Part shown: piece after piece, positions 37,258 to 38,565 of the stretch
Layout: each line of letters opens with the position of its first letter
Numbering within the stretch: the first letter of the stretch is position 1
Assembly (NCBI RefSeq): GCF_001642725.1
Contig: NZ_LSUQ01000024.1
Location: forward strand, 1-38,565
Direction of reading: 5' to 3'
Length of the DNA: 38,565 nt
DNA from: Ferroacidibacillus organovorans
GTDB lineage: Bacteria; Bacillota; Bacilli; Alicyclobacillales; SLC66
Made by a program: the position numbers and the translations under genes
Notes under the pieces: model-generated
Database searches by the model: none
Told to the model about the DNA's origin: nothing
What the model saw: only the letters and a program-made list of their open reading frames with translations

Positions 37258-37863
37258 CTATGCGCTTGGCGTTGTCGTCCGTTCTACAGCGTCTGGAGCG
37301 GCGCCTACATCTGCCACAGTCGCCTTTGGCGCGAGCACTGAGATGACGATTTCGCCTGGATCTTCTGCCAGATCCACGCCTGACGGCAATGTCACATCAC
37401 GCATGTGCATGACTTCGCCTACGTTTAGATGGCCGATGTCTAACGCGATCCACTCTGGAATGTCATCGAGTTTCGCGGAGATGGTAACCTCCAACGTCTG
37501 TTGTTGAACGATGCCACCGCGTTTTTCTACTGCTTCGAGTCCTTGTAAGATGAGCGGAACGCTGGCTTCTGTTTTCTCATCGCCCACAACCTCATGAAAC
37601 TCTACGTCTAGGATGTGACGCGAGATCGGATGGCGATGGATTCGCTGAACGATCGACGGATGAACCACCCCGTCACACTCGATTCGTACAACGCGATGAC
37701 CTGCGATGCGCTGGCGCACAACATCCTCCGCGAGCATAATCGAAAGCGGCGCGTGGCCACGACCGTAAATGACTCCCATCACCGTCCCCGCTTTGCGAAG
37801 ACGTTTGCGCGTCCCTTTGTTGGAAGGCGAGCGCATCTGAGCCTCGATTGTCTGTGCCGTCAT
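37258..37863 (-). CDS. rplY: 50S ribosomal protein L25 / general stress protein Ctc
   Basis: KRLRKAG..GVIYG, HPISRHILDVEF, VPLIL.G; between prs and pth. ATG 37863 behind AAGGAGG. Confidence 0.9.
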   Translation of the reverse strand: MTAQTIEAQMRSPSNKGTRKRLRKAGTVMGVIYGRGHAPLSIMLAEDVVRQRIAGHRVVRIECDGVVHPSIVQRIHRHPISRHILDVEFHEVVGDEKTEASVPLILQGLEAVEKRGGIVQQQTLEVTISAKLDDIPEWIALDIGHLNVGEVMHMRDVTLPSGVDLAEDPGEIVISVLAPKATVADVGAAPDAVERTTTPSA

Positions 37864-37971
37864 TCCAAGTTCCTCCTTCGTGTGGCAGGTGCAAGACCTG
37901 CTCCCCCACAGGATTCCCAAAGGATGACGTTTCCAATCGATTCGCTCAGAAGACTCGGCCACCCTCACGGC

Positions 37972-38565
37972 TCAGTCAAACAATTCACTGATGCTGCGCA
38001 TGTCGTTCACACGCATGATTGCTTCAGCGATAATCTCTGCCACGGAGAGCGTCACCAGCTTGTCCATCGTTTGATAATCGCGCCGCGCGATCGTGTTTGT
38101 CACAACGACCTCTTCAATCGGCGCCTGATTCAGTCGGTCGAGCGCCGGCGGAGACAGTACGGCGTGCGTGCAACACGCGTAGATGGACGCCGCACCCTGC
38201 TCGCGAAGCGCCTCAGCGGCGAGCGCAATCGTGCCCCCCGTGTCGATAATGTCATCAATTAAAATCGCGTGACGGCCGCGCACGTCCCCGATAATATTCA
38301 TCACTTCTGAAACATTGGGCTCTGGTCGCCGTTTGTCAATGATCGCAAGCGTTGCCCCGAGGCGCTCGGCCAGCTGCCGCGCGCGCGTGACGCCGCCGAG
38401 ATCCGGCGAGACCACCACCACGTTCTCCATATTCTTATGCTCGAAATAGCGCGCGAGAATCGGCATGCCCACCAAGTGATCCAGCGGAATATTAAAAAAT
38501 CCCTGAATCTGTCCGGCGTGCAGATCCATGCAAATGACACGGCTCGCGCCTGCCGTCTGTATGAG
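37972..38565 (-). CDS. prs: Ribose-phosphate pyrophosphokinase, 5' part outside the window
   Basis: [26 protein letters not shown]. Confidence 0.97.
   Translation of the reverse strand, partial: LIQTAGASRVICMDLHAGQIQGFFNIPLDHLVGMPILARYFEHKNMENVVVVSPDLGGVTRARQLAERLGATLAIIDKRRPEPNVSEVMNIIGDVRGRHAILIDDIIDTGGTIALAAEALREQGAASIYACCTHAVLSPPALDRLNQAPIEEVVVTNTIARRDYQTMDKLVTLSVAEIIAEAIMRVNDMRSISELFD

Noticed and set aside
17..38540. Numerous 60-260 aa ORFs antisense to or overlapping the called genes
   Set aside because: They are expected shadows of GC-rich coding sequence, with no motifs or RBS support.

Overview
Chromosomal window from a moderately GC-rich, endospore-forming Bacillota (Bacillales; Alicyclobacillaceae-like by gene content, which is an inference). 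Most genes are on the minus strand. From right to left it holds: (1) the conserved prs-rplY(ctc)-pth-fin-mfd-prsA-like-spoVT block; (2) three probable sporulation genes, an aspartate aminotransferase and a class A PBP; (3) speE-speB-DUF1934-HD hydrolase-sigma54 activator (RocR/KamR type); (4) an accessory stretch with a decayed vapBC, an MMPL-mug-marR operon and a 55-aa small gene; (5) a sigma54-driven lysine-degradation operon kdd-kamA-kamB-kamC-kamD-kamE; (6) a lower-GC islet with an orphan AbrB, a membrane-protein pseudogene and a Fic protein; (7) fadF-fdhD-thiolase. Two signals stand out. The last gene of the lysine operon is a glutaredoxin with an in-frame TGA at the first position of its CxxC motif (U-V-R-C), followed by a SECIS-like hairpin, so it is probably a selenoprotein attached to a B12/radical-SAM operon. 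An unannotated ~220-nt highly structured RNA candidate (five-way junction, 7-bp loop-loop pairing, T-loop-like hairpin, GNRA hairpin, cUUCGg terminator) lies behind the sigma54 activator. No CRISPR array, rRNA, tRNA or intact transposase was seen.
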